A stretch of 59,625 bases of DNA from an uncultured Bacilli bacterium (GCA_947589515.1 CANQBE010000004.1:1-59625); one strand, 5' to 3'. Positions 1-9,943 are shown, numbered from the stretch's first letter. The notes: generated by a model not told the origin, from the letters alone. Made by a program: numbers and translations.

Positions 1-78
1 ATCCGTTAATGTTAAGGTTGCTACTTTGCCATTAACACTTACTGTTACTGTTGGATTGGTGGTATCTAAGTTAATTAC
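1..78 (-). other. Start-less coding fragment (VINLDTTNPTVTVSVNGKVATLTLTD) resembling an Ig-like surface-protein repeat; runs off the window edge
   Basis: Manual translation; LDTTNPTVT resembles the LDKTAPTVT junction of the 36908-40726 protein; preceded by an in-frame TAA at 79-81 with no ATG. Confidence 0.55.
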
Positions 79-237
79 TTAAGGACCTTTTTTTAAATGA
101 CCGAAAATCGATTTTAACTATATAAAATAAGGATAATATTTAAAAAAATTATTTCAACCGAAATTCAAAAAATGAAAAAATGCTTAATTTTTACCCTCAT
201 TTTTTTGACAAAAAAATCATAAATTTTTATAAAAAAC

Positions 238-291
238 TTTACATTTTTTTTCCGATAGAGTATCATGAATATATGAACAATTATTCATATA
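238..291 (+). promoter_or_regulatory. SigA-type promoter with overlapping SmtB/ArsR operator
   Basis: TTTACA(238-243)-17bp-TATCAT(261-266); inverted repeat tATATGAAcaattaTTCATATa at 270-291, typical of SmtB/CzrA boxes, directly upstream of the ArsR gene. Confidence 0.8.
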
Positions 292-316
292 ATAATTAGA
301 AAGGAATATCATAAAA

Positions 317-619
317 ATGGAAAGTAAACAACTATTAACAGAGTTAGGTGACTTTTTTAAAATTTTTGCTGATCCTACTCGAATTCGTATCTTAGAATTA
401 TTAACCGATCAGGAAAAATGTGTAAGTGAAATTTCGGAACTACTAGAGGTTAGCCAATCTGCTGTTTCACATCAATTAAAACTTCTAAGACTTGCTAATG
501 TCGTTAGCACAGAGAAAATTGGTCAAACTGTAACATATCGCTTAGCAGATGATCATATTCGAATTATCATAAAATACGGATTAGAACATATTAAGGAGGC
601 AAAAGGTGAAAAAAATTAA
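317..619 (+). CDS. ArsR/SmtB-family metal-sensing repressor
   Basis: FKIFADPTRIRIL, CVSEIS..SQSAVSHQLKLLR HTH, alpha5 site DDHI..LEH. Confidence 0.93.
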   Translation: MESKQLLTELGDFFKIFADPTRIRILELLTDQEKCVSEISELLEVSQSAVSHQLKLLRLANVVSTEKIGQTVTYRLADDHIRIIIKYGLEHIKEAKGEKN

Positions 620-2432
620 TAGTGATTTTTTAAAAATTGTATCAAGTCTTTTATTATTTGTCTTATCTTTTTTCTTTCAAAAATCTCCTGTACTTTATTT
701 TTTAACATTATTATTCAGTTACCTCATTGTATCTTTTGAAATTTATCTTCATGCTATTCATAATCTAAAAGAAAAAGAATTTTTTGATGAAAATATTCTC
801 ATGATACTTGCAACAATTGGTGCTTTCTGTATTGGTGAATATAAAGAAGCAGTAGTAGTAATGCTATTATTTCAAATTGGCGAGTATCTATCAGATATGG
901 CAGTTCATCATACAAAAGATAGTATTACAGAGTTAATGGATTTAAGAAGCGATACCATTCATTTACTAACAAAAGATACTCTAGAAACAGTACCTACCAA
1001 AAAAGCTAAAATAGGGGACTTGTTTGAAGTAAGACCTGGGGAAATCATTCCACTAGATGGAATCGTCATAAAAGGGGAAAGTACTTTAGATACTTCTAGT
1101 TTGACTGGGGAATCTATTCCACGCAATATCCATACAAAAGAAATGGTATTCAGTGGAATGGTAAATTTAACTAGTGTTTTAACCATTCAAGCAACTTCTA
1201 CTTATGAAACTAGTACTGCTAGTAAAATTATCGATTTAATGGAACATTCTAATGATAAAAAAACCAATACTGAAAAATTTATTACTAAATTTTCTAAAGT
1301 ATATACACCAGTAATCGTCATTTTAGCTGTTTTAATTACTGTGATTCCTACTTTATTTGGTTCTTCTTTTTCTCATCATTTTTATCATGCTTTAGTATTT
1401 TTAGTGATGAGTTGCCCCTGCGCTTTAGTAATTTCTGTGCCACTTGGCTTCTTTCAAGGGATTGGCAGATGTAGTAGGGAAGGTATCTTAGTTAAAGGAT
1501 CCAATGAATTAGATCATTTATCTACTATCGATAGTATTGTGTTTGATAAAACAGGAACAATTACGGAAGGAAATTTTCAGGTAACAGAGGTAAACTCTTT
1601 TCATCCAAAAAATAATTTATTAAAAATTGCAGCTTATTGCGAATCTTTTAGTAATCATCCTATTGCGAAATCCATTGTGGATTTCTATGGTAAAAAAATA
1701 GAAAAGAAAGAAGTTACTGTTCTTCAAGAAGAAAGTGGTAAAGGGATTAAGGCCAAGTATCAGAATCAAATCTATTATTTAGGAAATGAAAGATTTTTAA
1801 CAGAAAATAAAATTGTGATTCATCCTGTTAATAAGATAGGAACGATTATTTATATTGCAACTAAGAAAGAATATTTAGGTTATCTTGTGATTAGTGATCA
1901 AATCAAAGAAAATGCTAAATCGGCAATTACTCAGTTAAAAAGAATAGGAATTTCTAATTTAATGATATTATCAGGTGATCATGAAGAAATTGTTCAAGAT
2001 ATTTCTAAAAAAGTAGGTATTGATCATTACTTTGCATCTTTATTGCCACAAGATAAAGTCAATAAAGTAAAAGAATTGACCAAAAATCATCAAGTTCTTT
2101 TTGTTGGAGATGGTATGAATGATGCTCCGACTATGAAAGTTGCTACTTTAGGGGTTGCCATGGGTGGTATTGGTAGTGATGTTACGATAGAAGCTAGTGA
2201 TATTGTACTGATGAAAGATGATTTATCTATGATTCCCAAAGCAATTCAAATTTCTAGATTTACGAGAATGATTGTAACATATAATATTGGATTTGCTTTA
2301 GTGACTAAAGGAATTGTTTTGTTATTAGCACTGTTAGGTTATTCTTCTATTTGGATGGCTATTTTAGCAGATGTAGGTGTTACTTTATTATCTATCGTTC
2401 ATACCTTTATGATTCGCATCAAAAATTTGTAA
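606..2432 (+). CDS. cadA: Heavy-metal (Zn/Cd) P1B-type ATPase
   Basis: TGES, SCPC, DKTGT, HP and GDGMNDAP motifs; no N-terminal HMA domain. Confidence 0.93.
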   Translation: MKKINSDFLKIVSSLLLFVLSFFFQKSPVLYFLTLLFSYLIVSFEIYLHAIHNLKEKEFFDENILMILATIGAFCIGEYKEAVVVMLLFQIGEYLSDMAVHHTKDSITELMDLRSDTIHLLTKDTLETVPTKKAKIGDLFEVRPGEIIPLDGIVIKGESTLDTSSLTGESIPRNIHTKEMVFSGMVNLTSVLTIQATSTYETSTASKIIDLMEHSNDKKTNTEKFITKFSKVYTPVIVILAVLITVIPTLFGSSFSHHFYHALVFLVMSCPCALVISVPLGFFQGIGRCSREGILVKGSNELDHLSTIDSIVFDKTGTITEGNFQVTEVNSFHPKNNLLKIAAYCESFSNHPIAKSIVDFYGKKIEKKEVTVLQEESGKGIKAKYQNQIYYLGNERFLTENKIVIHPVNKIGTIIYIATKKEYLGYLVISDQIKENAKSAITQLKRIGISNLMILSGDHEEIVQDISKKVGIDHYFASLLPQDKVNKVKELTKNHQVLFVGDGMNDAPTMKVATLGVAMGGIGSDVTIEASDIVLMKDDLSMIPKAIQISRFTRMIVTYNIGFALVTKGIVLLLALLGYSSIWMAILADVGVTLLSIVHTFMIRIKNL

Positions 2433-2466
2433 AAGATTTCAATAGCTAGTTTGAAATCTTTTTTTT
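2432..2466 (+). terminator. Intrinsic terminator after cadA
   Basis: aagatttca...tgaaatctt followed by a T-run. Confidence 0.8.
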
Positions 2467-2485
2467 ATAAAAATTAAAAAAAGTG

Positions 2486-2566
2486 TTGACAAGCAATTAT
2501 GTTATTAATATAATGTTAATAACAGATGAGAAAAGTCTGTTAAAAAAATAACTAATGTTTTTAACA
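2486..2566 (+). promoter_or_regulatory. Consensus SigA promoter of the NAD cluster with candidate operators
   Basis: TTGACA(2486-2491)-17bp-TATAAT(2509-2514); TGTTwwTAAyA quasi-palindromes at 2500, 2514 and 2556. Confidence 0.8.
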
Positions 2567-2592
2567 AAATGTTAAAAAGAAAGAAGGATAAT

Positions 2593-3012
2593 ATGAAAAT
2601 AAATTTTACGGAAGAACAAATGAAAAAAATTTTAACACTCTATTTCAAAGAATGTCTGGGTATGGAAGGTAAAGTAATCACTACTATTAAAATCATTGAA
2701 ACAGGATATAACATGAATCCTTATAAGGAAGTTGTTGTTAAAAATGTATTCCAACATACGCGTGAAATTTTAGGAGAAAAAATAAGTTCCGAAATTATGA
2801 TAACGGAACCAATGGTTAAAGAAGCATTTACATATGTATTAAATCAAGAAAACTTAACGGTAGAAGAGATGGCATATCGTACGGAAATAAAATCTCATTT
2901 GACTGGCTATGGAATGGCTGAACACTTGAACGAAGAAGCAAAATTTGATGGTGTAAGCGTAATGGTTCAATTAAAAAATAAAGAAAAAAGAAAAGGAGTA
3001 ATGGAATCATGA
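2593..3012 (+). CDS. Hypothetical protein, first gene of the NAD cluster
   Basis: RBS AAGAAGGA before ATG 2593; ATGA overlap with pncA; two TGYxM motifs. Confidence 0.8.
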   Translation: MKINFTEEQMKKILTLYFKECLGMEGKVITTIKIIETGYNMNPYKEVVVKNVFQHTREILGEKISSEIMITEPMVKEAFTYVLNQENLTVEEMAYRTEIKSHLTGYGMAEHLNEEAKFDGVSVMVQLKNKEKRKGVMES

Positions 3013-3614
3013 AAAATTTAAAAGTTTATAAAAAGTGCTTAATTATAGTAGATATGGTAAATGGTTTTGTACGAGAAGGAGGCTTAGCAGATTCCTATAT
3101 TGAACATACCATTAAAAGACAGTTAGAATTAATTCATGAATATCAAAAGGAAGAAGAGTTGATTGTCTTTATTAAAGATTGTCATGAATTAGATTCGGTA
3201 GAACATCAACGTTTTGGTGATATTAGGCATTGCTTAAAAGGTACCAAAGAAGCTGAATTAATTGATGAATTTAAAGATTTTGAACACCAGGAAAATACGT
3301 TATCATTTGAGAAAAACTGTACTAGTTTTCGTGAAGCTCCTGGTTTTATTGAAACTATGGAACAAGCAAAAAACATTTCTGAATTTGATATTGTTGGATG
3401 TTGTAGCGATATTTGTATCGTAAATGGAGTCATTTCTATGATGAACTATTTTGATCAAGTAAATCGAAAAGTAGAAGTTAGAGTTCATGAAGATGCCATT
3501 GAAACTTATGAAATTCCTGGTATTCATAATCGTAAACAATATACGGATGCTGCTTATTTACTATTAGAACAGCAAGGTGCCAAAAAAGTAAAAAAGTTAA
3601 AAGGAGAAAATTAA
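3009..3614 (+). CDS. pncA: Nicotinamidase (isochorismatase family)
   Basis: IIVDMVNGF, DCH, HC, EKN and GCCSDIC catalytic motifs; adjacent to pncB. Confidence 0.88.
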   Translation: MKNLKVYKKCLIIVDMVNGFVREGGLADSYIEHTIKRQLELIHEYQKEEELIVFIKDCHELDSVEHQRFGDIRHCLKGTKEAELIDEFKDFEHQENTLSFEKNCTSFREAPGFIETMEQAKNISEFDIVGCCSDICIVNGVISMMNYFDQVNRKVEVRVHEDAIETYEIPGIHNRKQYTDAAYLLLEQQGAKKVKKLKGEN

Positions 3615-3615
3615 T

Positions 3616-5385
3616 ATGATGGAGATTCAAAAAATAAAAAAAGTAGAAGAAATTTTAAATCAATATGAGGAAAGAAACCATTTTCATTTCTGTTATCAAA
3701 AAGAAGAAATTGATTATGGAATTGGTGAAATCATCATTCAAGTTTTAGATAATCATTATTGTGTGTATATTCTTGATCGTGGACATCAATCTAACATGTG
3801 CCACTTTGAAGAGGAAGATATGGTGATTTACTATATTGCCAATTATTGTCGCGATAACTTAGAATTGTATCATCGTATTTTAGATATCGTAAATCCTAAA
3901 GAAAATAAAACCTTAATGACAGATTTGTATGAGCTTACGATGAGTGATGTTTATTATCAAGAAGGAAGAAAAGAAGAAATTGCCTATTTTGATGTCTTTT
4001 ATCGCTCTAATGTTGTAGGTAGTGGGTATCAAATTGCTTGTGGATTAAAAGAAGCTATCGATTATGTTCAAAATTTCCATTTTGAAGAATCTGATATTAG
4101 TTATTTAAGATCTACTAACAAATTATCTGAAGAATTTTTAAATTACTTACAAGATTTGAAATTTACAGGAGATATTTGGGCAGTACCTGATGGAACAGTC
4201 GTTTTTCCTAACGAACCAGTTATGACTGTGAAAGCTCCTATTATTGAAGCTCAAATTTTGGAAACAGCTTTACTAACTTGTTTTAATACCGGTAGCTTAA
4301 CAGCAACAGCAGCTAAGCAAATTACCAAAGCAGCAAACAATAGACCGGTAGCCGAATTTGGTGCGAGACGTGTACGTGGAGGAATTGATGCTACTCTTTT
4401 AGAAAGTAAAGCTGCTTATCTTGGAGGATGTAGTGCTACTAGTAATACATTAGCTGGCAAGAAATATAATATTCCCATTACAGGAACCATTGCTCATGCT
4501 TTGGTACAATCTCATCCAGAAAGTGAATACAATGCCTTTTTGTCTTATGCCAAAGCTGCTCCTAATAAAAATGAATTAGTATTATTAGTCGATACTTATG
4601 ATGTAGAATGTGGAATCATGAATGCGATTCGTCTTCAAAAGGAATATTTAGATCCACTTGGTTATCATTTAAAAGGAATTCGTATTGATAGTGGAGATTT
4701 AACTTATCTTACTAAAATGGCTCGTAAAATGTTTCAGGAAGTAGGAATGGATGATGTTCAAATTTGTGTATCTAATGGATTAGATGCTAAACAAGTAGAT
4801 ACCCTATTAAAAAATGGTAGTGAAATTGATACGTTTGGGATAGGAGATAATATTGTTGCTAATAAAGATAGGGCAAATTATGTCTATAAATTAGTAGCAG
4901 TAGAAAAAGATAATCAACCAGTACCATGTATTAAAGTAAGTGCTGATAGTATTAAGACTTTAAATCCAGGGTATAAAAAGATTTATCGCTTCTATAGTCA
5001 AGATACGAATCAAGTATTAGGAGATGTGATTACCGTATATGATGAAGAAATCAATTCTAAACATTATACTTTAGTCGATGATAAAAATCCTTGGAAGAAA
5101 ACAGAAATTTCTAATTATCGTGTAAGAGAATTACAAGTTCCTATTTTTGAACAAGGAAAATTAATTTATGAAGTACCAAGTTTAAAATTAAGTAGAGAAT
5201 ATTGTGAACAGGAATATCAAACGTTAACGGATCGTATTACTGATATTTATAATCCACATACTTATTATGTTGATTTGAGTGAAAAGCTAAGAATTCAAAA
5301 AGAAAAGATGCTACATGACGAATTAGAAAAAGTAGAAAGTAGAAAAAAAGAATATCAAAAGAAACTAGGAAAATATCATGCGTAA
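3616..5385 (+). CDS. pncB: Nicotinate phosphoribosyltransferase with ~95-aa N-terminal extra domain
   Basis: LMTDLYELTM, EFGARR, GTIAHA, LVDTYD, GIRIDSGDL and VYKLV motifs; the canonical start motif begins only at about residue 99. Confidence 0.93.
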   Translation: MMEIQKIKKVEEILNQYEERNHFHFCYQKEEIDYGIGEIIIQVLDNHYCVYILDRGHQSNMCHFEEEDMVIYYIANYCRDNLELYHRILDIVNPKENKTLMTDLYELTMSDVYYQEGRKEEIAYFDVFYRSNVVGSGYQIACGLKEAIDYVQNFHFEESDISYLRSTNKLSEEFLNYLQDLKFTGDIWAVPDGTVVFPNEPVMTVKAPIIEAQILETALLTCFNTGSLTATAAKQITKAANNRPVAEFGARRVRGGIDATLLESKAAYLGGCSATSNTLAGKKYNIPITGTIAHALVQSHPESEYNAFLSYAKAAPNKNELVLLVDTYDVECGIMNAIRLQKEYLDPLGYHLKGIRIDSGDLTYLTKMARKMFQEVGMDDVQICVSNGLDAKQVDTLLKNGSEIDTFGIGDNIVANKDRANYVYKLVAVEKDNQPVPCIKVSADSIKTLNPGYKKIYRFYSQDTNQVLGDVITVYDEEINSKHYTLVDDKNPWKKTEISNYRVRELQVPIFEQGKLIYEVPSLKLSREYCEQEYQTLTDRITDIYNPHTYYVDLSEKLRIQKEKMLHDELEKVESRKKEYQKKLGKYHA

Positions 5386-5968
5386 AGATAAGAAGATAGA
5401 ATTAGAAGAATCTATCAAAAAATTTAAAACAAGACGAGTCATGGAAAAAGAAAATGTATCTAGTCACTTTTTAACAGTGGAAGTCAAAGATTATGAACTC
5501 AATAATGGTAAAGTAATTACTAGAGAAAAGATTTTAAAAAATAAAAAAGATGGAAATGCAGTGATTATTATTCCCATTACGAAAGATCAAGAATGGATTA
5601 TGGTGATAGAACCTAGAGTTCATACAAAAGAACAAGTTGGGATTGGGTTTCCCGCTGGCTATATTGAAAAAGAAGAGTCCCCAATCCTAGCAGCCAAAAG
5701 GGAACTACAAGAAGAAACCGGTTATCAAGCAGAAACTTTAGAAGTAATCGATGGTTTTTATCAAGATGAAGGATGTTCTAGTAGTTATAACACCATCGTG
5801 TTAGCAACTGGTTGTGTAAAGATTAGTAAGCAAATGCTAGATGAAGGAGAGTTTATTCATTACTTTTTATGTAGTCAAAAAGAAGCTTATGAATTACTAA
5901 ATGAAGGATGGATTCAAGGGGTAAATTCAAAATATGCATTATTAAAGATGCAAAATATTTGGAAATAG
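5378..5968 (+). CDS. nudF: ADP-ribose pyrophosphatase-like Nudix hydrolase
   Basis: Nudix box PAGYIEKEESPILAAKRELQEETG; LDEGEFI motif. Confidence 0.8.
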   Translation: MRKDKKIELEESIKKFKTRRVMEKENVSSHFLTVEVKDYELNNGKVITREKILKNKKDGNAVIIIPITKDQEWIMVIEPRVHTKEQVGIGFPAGYIEKEESPILAAKRELQEETGYQAETLEVIDGFYQDEGCSSSYNTIVLATGCVKISKQMLDEGEFIHYFLCSQKEAYELLNEGWIQGVNSKYALLKMQNIWK

Positions 5969-6014
5969 AGTAAGATAAAGATATGAGGGGTAAACTAACA
6001 GTAGGAGGTATTGT

Positions 6015-7928
6015 ATGAAAGAATATGGTTATGTTAAGGTAGGAGCTTGTGTTCCTAAATTAAAAGTAGCGGATGTATCTTATAATGTAGAAGAAATCAT
6101 TTCTCTTATGAAAAAAGCAGAGATAGAAGAAGTAGCGATTTTGGTTTTTCCTGAATTATGTATAACCGGTTATACTTGTGGTGATTTATTTTTTCAGGAA
6201 CAACTTTTAAAAAGTAGTAAAGAAGGAATTCAAAAAATTTTACAGGAAACCAAAGAGTTAGAATTAATTTCTATCATTGGTGCTCCCATTGGCATTCATA
6301 ATCAATTGTTTAATTGTAGTGTTGTTGTACAAAAAGGAAAAATTTTAGGAATTGTCCCTAAAACTTATATTCCTAATTATAATGAGTTTTATGAAAAACG
6401 TTGGTTTGCAACTAGTCTCGATTTATTAAAAACAGAAATTACTTATTGTGATCAAGTAGTACCTATTGGAACGGATTTACTTTTTAAGGATATCCAAGAA
6501 GAAAATATGAATTTTGGTATTGAGATTTGTGAAGATTTATGGAGCATTGTACCACCAAGTAATTCATTAGCATTAAATGGTGCTAACTTAATATTTAATC
6601 TTTCTAGTAGTAATGAATTGATTGGCAAGTATGAATATCGAAAGAATTTAGTAAAGAGTCAATCTAGTAAATTGATTTGTGGTTATATCTATACATCTAG
6701 TGGAGTATTAGAATCTACTTGTGATGTTGTCTTTTCTGGTCATGCTATGATAGCTGAGAATGGTGCCATTTTAGAGGAAAGTAAACGTTTTCAGTTTGAT
6801 AGTGAACTAATTATTCAAGATATTGATGTTCAAAAACTAAATAATTTAAGAATGAAAGATATTAGTTATATGGGAATAAGACCAACAACACCGGTAAGAG
6901 AAGTTCCTGTTAGCATAAGAGATAGTAAATCACTTCATAGAACGTATGAGAAAAATCCTTTTGTACCAAATGATACTACCCAAAGGGAAAAAAGATGTCA
7001 GGAAATTTTGGAAATACAAGCATGTGGTCTTGCCAAACGATTACAGCATATTGGAACAGATAAAACGGTGATTGGAATTAGTGGTGGACTCGATTCTACT
7101 TTATCTTTTTTAGTCATTGTCGAAGCTTACCAAAAGTTAGGATTCGATACTAAAAATATCACAGCAATTACGATGCCTGGTTTTGGAACGACTTCTAGAA
7201 CACTAGAAAATGCCAAAAAATTAATGCAAGCTTATCAGGTAGAATTAAAGGAAATTCCTATTGTAGAAGCAAGTCTATTACATATGAAGGATATTGGTCA
7301 TGATCCTAGCATTCACGATGTTACCTATGAGAATGTGCAAGCAAGAGAGAGAACTCAAATTTTAATGGATGTTGCGAATAAAATTGGTGGAATTGTCGTA
7401 GGAACTGGTGATTTATCAGAACTTGCTTTAGGTTGGTGTACTTATAATGGAGATCATATGAGTATGTATAGTGTCAATACTTCCATTCCTAAAACTTTAG
7501 TCAAATATTTGGTTCGCTATGTTGCCGATACTAATGTAAAAGTAAAATCCATTTTATATGATATTCTAGATACTCCAATTTCCCCTGAATTATTACCTCC
7601 TTCTAAAGATGGTAAAATCAAACAGAAAACAGAAGAAAAAATAGGACCTTATGAATTACATGACTTCTTCTTATATCACTTCTTTCGCTATGGAGCAAAT
7701 CCGGATAAATTATTATTATTAGCAAAACATACTTTTGCAGGAATCTATACAGAAAAAGAAATTTTAAAATGGTTGGAAGTTTTCTTAAAAAGATTTTTCA
7801 CTCAACAATTTAAGAGAAATGCTCTACCAGATGGTCCTAAAGTAGGAACAGTTAGTTTATCTCCTAGAGGAGATTTAAGAATGCCAAGTGATGCAAGTTA
7901 CCAAGAATGGGTAAAGAAGTTATCATGA
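6015..7928 (+). CDS. nadE: Glutamine-dependent NAD+ synthetase
   Basis: Nitrilase domain (FPEL, PKTY, EICEDLW) plus GISGGLDST, ENVQARER and GTGDLSE. Confidence 0.97.
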   Translation: MKEYGYVKVGACVPKLKVADVSYNVEEIISLMKKAEIEEVAILVFPELCITGYTCGDLFFQEQLLKSSKEGIQKILQETKELELISIIGAPIGIHNQLFNCSVVVQKGKILGIVPKTYIPNYNEFYEKRWFATSLDLLKTEITYCDQVVPIGTDLLFKDIQEENMNFGIEICEDLWSIVPPSNSLALNGANLIFNLSSSNELIGKYEYRKNLVKSQSSKLICGYIYTSSGVLESTCDVVFSGHAMIAENGAILEESKRFQFDSELIIQDIDVQKLNNLRMKDISYMGIRPTTPVREVPVSIRDSKSLHRTYEKNPFVPNDTTQREKRCQEILEIQACGLAKRLQHIGTDKTVIGISGGLDSTLSFLVIVEAYQKLGFDTKNITAITMPGFGTTSRTLENAKKLMQAYQVELKEIPIVEASLLHMKDIGHDPSIHDVTYENVQARERTQILMDVANKIGGIVVGTGDLSELALGWCTYNGDHMSMYSVNTSIPKTLVKYLVRYVADTNVKVKSILYDILDTPISPELLPPSKDGKIKQKTEEKIGPYELHDFFLYHFFRYGANPDKLLLLAKHTFAGIYTEKEILKWLEVFLKRFFTQQFKRNALPDGPKVGTVSLSPRGDLRMPSDASYQEWVKKLS

Positions 7929-8506
7929 AAATAGGAATTTATGGAGGAAGTTTTAATCCTCCTCATAAGATGCATGAAAGTATTGGTAAACAGTTACTTG
8001 AAAAACAGTTATTAGATTTTATTATTTTTGTTCCTACTAGTAATGATTATCCGAAAGCAGGACTCATTCATGATTATGAAAGATATGAAATGTTAAATTT
8101 AATAGTAGAAGAGGAAGAACACTTTTCAGTATCTAACTATGAATTTGGAAGAAGAACTTATACATATGAAACTTTAGAGTATTTTCAGAAACAGTATCCT
8201 AGGGATGATATTTATTTTATTTGTGGTAGCGATAATCTAGCACAATTTGATACTTGGAAATGCTATCAAGAAATTTTAAAAAATTATAGAGTAATTGTGA
8301 TTCCAAGAGAAGAAAATATCAGAAAGTTATTAGTTAAGTATCAAAAGTATCGAAGTCATATTCAGATAGTACCTTTAGAAAATAATTTTTTATCTTCTAC
8401 TCTAGTTAGAGAATATTTAAGAAATCAAGACTATGAAAAGGTAGAAGAATTTATTCATCCAAAAGTATTAGCGTATATTCAAGATAAAAATTTATATAGG
8501 GAATAG
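7925..8506 (+). CDS. nadD: Nicotinate-nucleotide adenylyltransferase
   Basis: GGSFNPPHKMH, FICGSDNL and SSTLVR motifs; ATG at 7925 overlaps the nadE stop. Confidence 0.93.
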   Translation: MKIGIYGGSFNPPHKMHESIGKQLLEKQLLDFIIFVPTSNDYPKAGLIHDYERYEMLNLIVEEEEHFSVSNYEFGRRTYTYETLEYFQKQYPRDDIYFICGSDNLAQFDTWKCYQEILKNYRVIVIPREENIRKLLVKYQKYRSHIQIVPLENNFLSSTLVREYLRNQDYEKVEEFIHPKVLAYIQDKNLYRE

Positions 8507-8630
8507 AAAAATATAGAAAAATCAATAGATTTTTATTAGAATGATGATAGAAAGCCTAGTTGGCAAATGAAAGAATTATTAGGAAAGAATCATCGAATGA
8601 TAAATCAAGTGAATGAAAGAGGTGAAAGTA

Positions 8631-9479
8631 ATGTTAGGTGCAATCATAGGGGATATTATCAATTCCTATCGTGAAGTTTTAGAAATAGAGTATTTTAAAA
8701 AATATCATCAACCTACCCCTTATCAAGAAAGAATAAAAGTAATGGATGCTAATTCAAGTTTATTAACAGAAAACCTATCTTGTACGGATGACTCCATTTT
8801 AACTTGTGCAATAGCGGATGCTTTTTTACATCATCTAGATTATGAAAAATATCTAAGAGAGTATGGATTAAAGGAAGTGAATGCCGGATTAGATATTTAT
8901 GGTAGAAGTAGATTTGGTCGTGGTTTTGTGAAATGGTTAGAGGGTACTTATCAAGGGAATAGTTATGGAAATGGTGGCGCTATGCGTGTTTCTCCAATTG
9001 GTTATTTTGATACTTTAGAAGAAGTAAAGAAAAATGCTTATCTAGCTACCATTCCTTCCCATAATCATCCAGAAGCACTGATTGGAGCAGAAGCAGTTGC
9101 CGTTAGTATTTTCTTATTAAGAAATGGGCATACTAAGGAAGCACTGAAAAAGTATTTGCAGGAAAATTATTATTCATTAGACTATCATTTAGAAGACTTG
9201 AGAAAAAATTATGTGTTTTCTAGTAAGACATGTGAATCTGTTCCTCAAGCATTATTTTGTTTCCTAGAATCTAGTAGTTTTGAAAATGCTTTAAGAATTG
9301 CTGCATCAATTGGTGGTGATGCGGATACCATTGGTGCTATTGTAGGTTCTCTTAGTGAAGCTTACTATGGATTAGATTTCAATCTATTAGACCAAGTAAA
9401 ACCATATATCAAAGATTATATGTGGCCTATAATTAATAAATTTTATGAAAGGGAAAAAGTAAAATGTCAGAAAAAATAG
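8631..9479 (+). CDS. ADP-ribosylglycohydrolase (ARH/DraG family)
   Basis: MLGAIIGD, TDDS, SYGNGGAMRVSP, SHNHPE and GGDADTIGAI motifs. Confidence 0.93.
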   Translation: MLGAIIGDIINSYREVLEIEYFKKYHQPTPYQERIKVMDANSSLLTENLSCTDDSILTCAIADAFLHHLDYEKYLREYGLKEVNAGLDIYGRSRFGRGFVKWLEGTYQGNSYGNGGAMRVSPIGYFDTLEEVKKNAYLATIPSHNHPEALIGAEAVAVSIFLLRNGHTKEALKKYLQENYYSLDYHLEDLRKNYVFSSKTCESVPQALFCFLESSSFENALRIAASIGGDADTIGAIVGSLSEAYYGLDFNLLDQVKPYIKDYMWPIINKFYEREKVKCQKK

Positions 9480-9943
9480 AAAAATTAGTAAGATTATTAG
9501 AGGAAAAGAAGAAAACGATTTCGACAATGGAATCTTGCACTGGTGGAGGAGTAGCTAATGCCATTACCAATATTGAAGGAGCCAGTGATATCCTTCATTA
9601 TGCAGCTGTTACTTATTCGAATGAATTTAAAATTAAGATGGGTGTATCTAAAAAAGTGATTGATACTTATACAGTATATAGTATGGAAACAGCTAAAGAA
9701 ATGAGTAAAAACATTGCACTTTTTGCTAATAGTAGTTATGGCGTTGGGATTACAGGTATGTTAAATGCTATCGATTCTGTGAACCCTTCTAAGAATCCTA
9801 ATTTGGTTTATATCAGTATTTATGATAGAATAGCAGATACTTTTTTTGATGATCAAATTGAGGTATTTCATCAAGATCGAATGAAAAATAAAGAAGAGGT
9901 AATTTCTAAGGTAATTGATATGCTGTTATTGTTACAAGAATAA
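9464..9943 (+). CDS. pncC: CinA C-terminal domain / NMN deamidase
   Basis: MESCTGG, VTYSNEFK and GITG motifs. Confidence 0.88.
   Translation: MSEKIEKLVRLLEEKKKTISTMESCTGGGVANAITNIEGASDILHYAAVTYSNEFKIKMGVSKKVIDTYTVYSMETAKEMSKNIALFANSSYGVGITGMLNAIDSVNPSKNPNLVYISIYDRIADTFFDDQIEVFHQDRMKNKEEVISKVIDMLLLLQE

Noticed and set aside
100-240. AT-rich stretch as dif or oriC
   Set aside because: No match to the Bacillus-type dif consensus and no DnaA-box cluster seen
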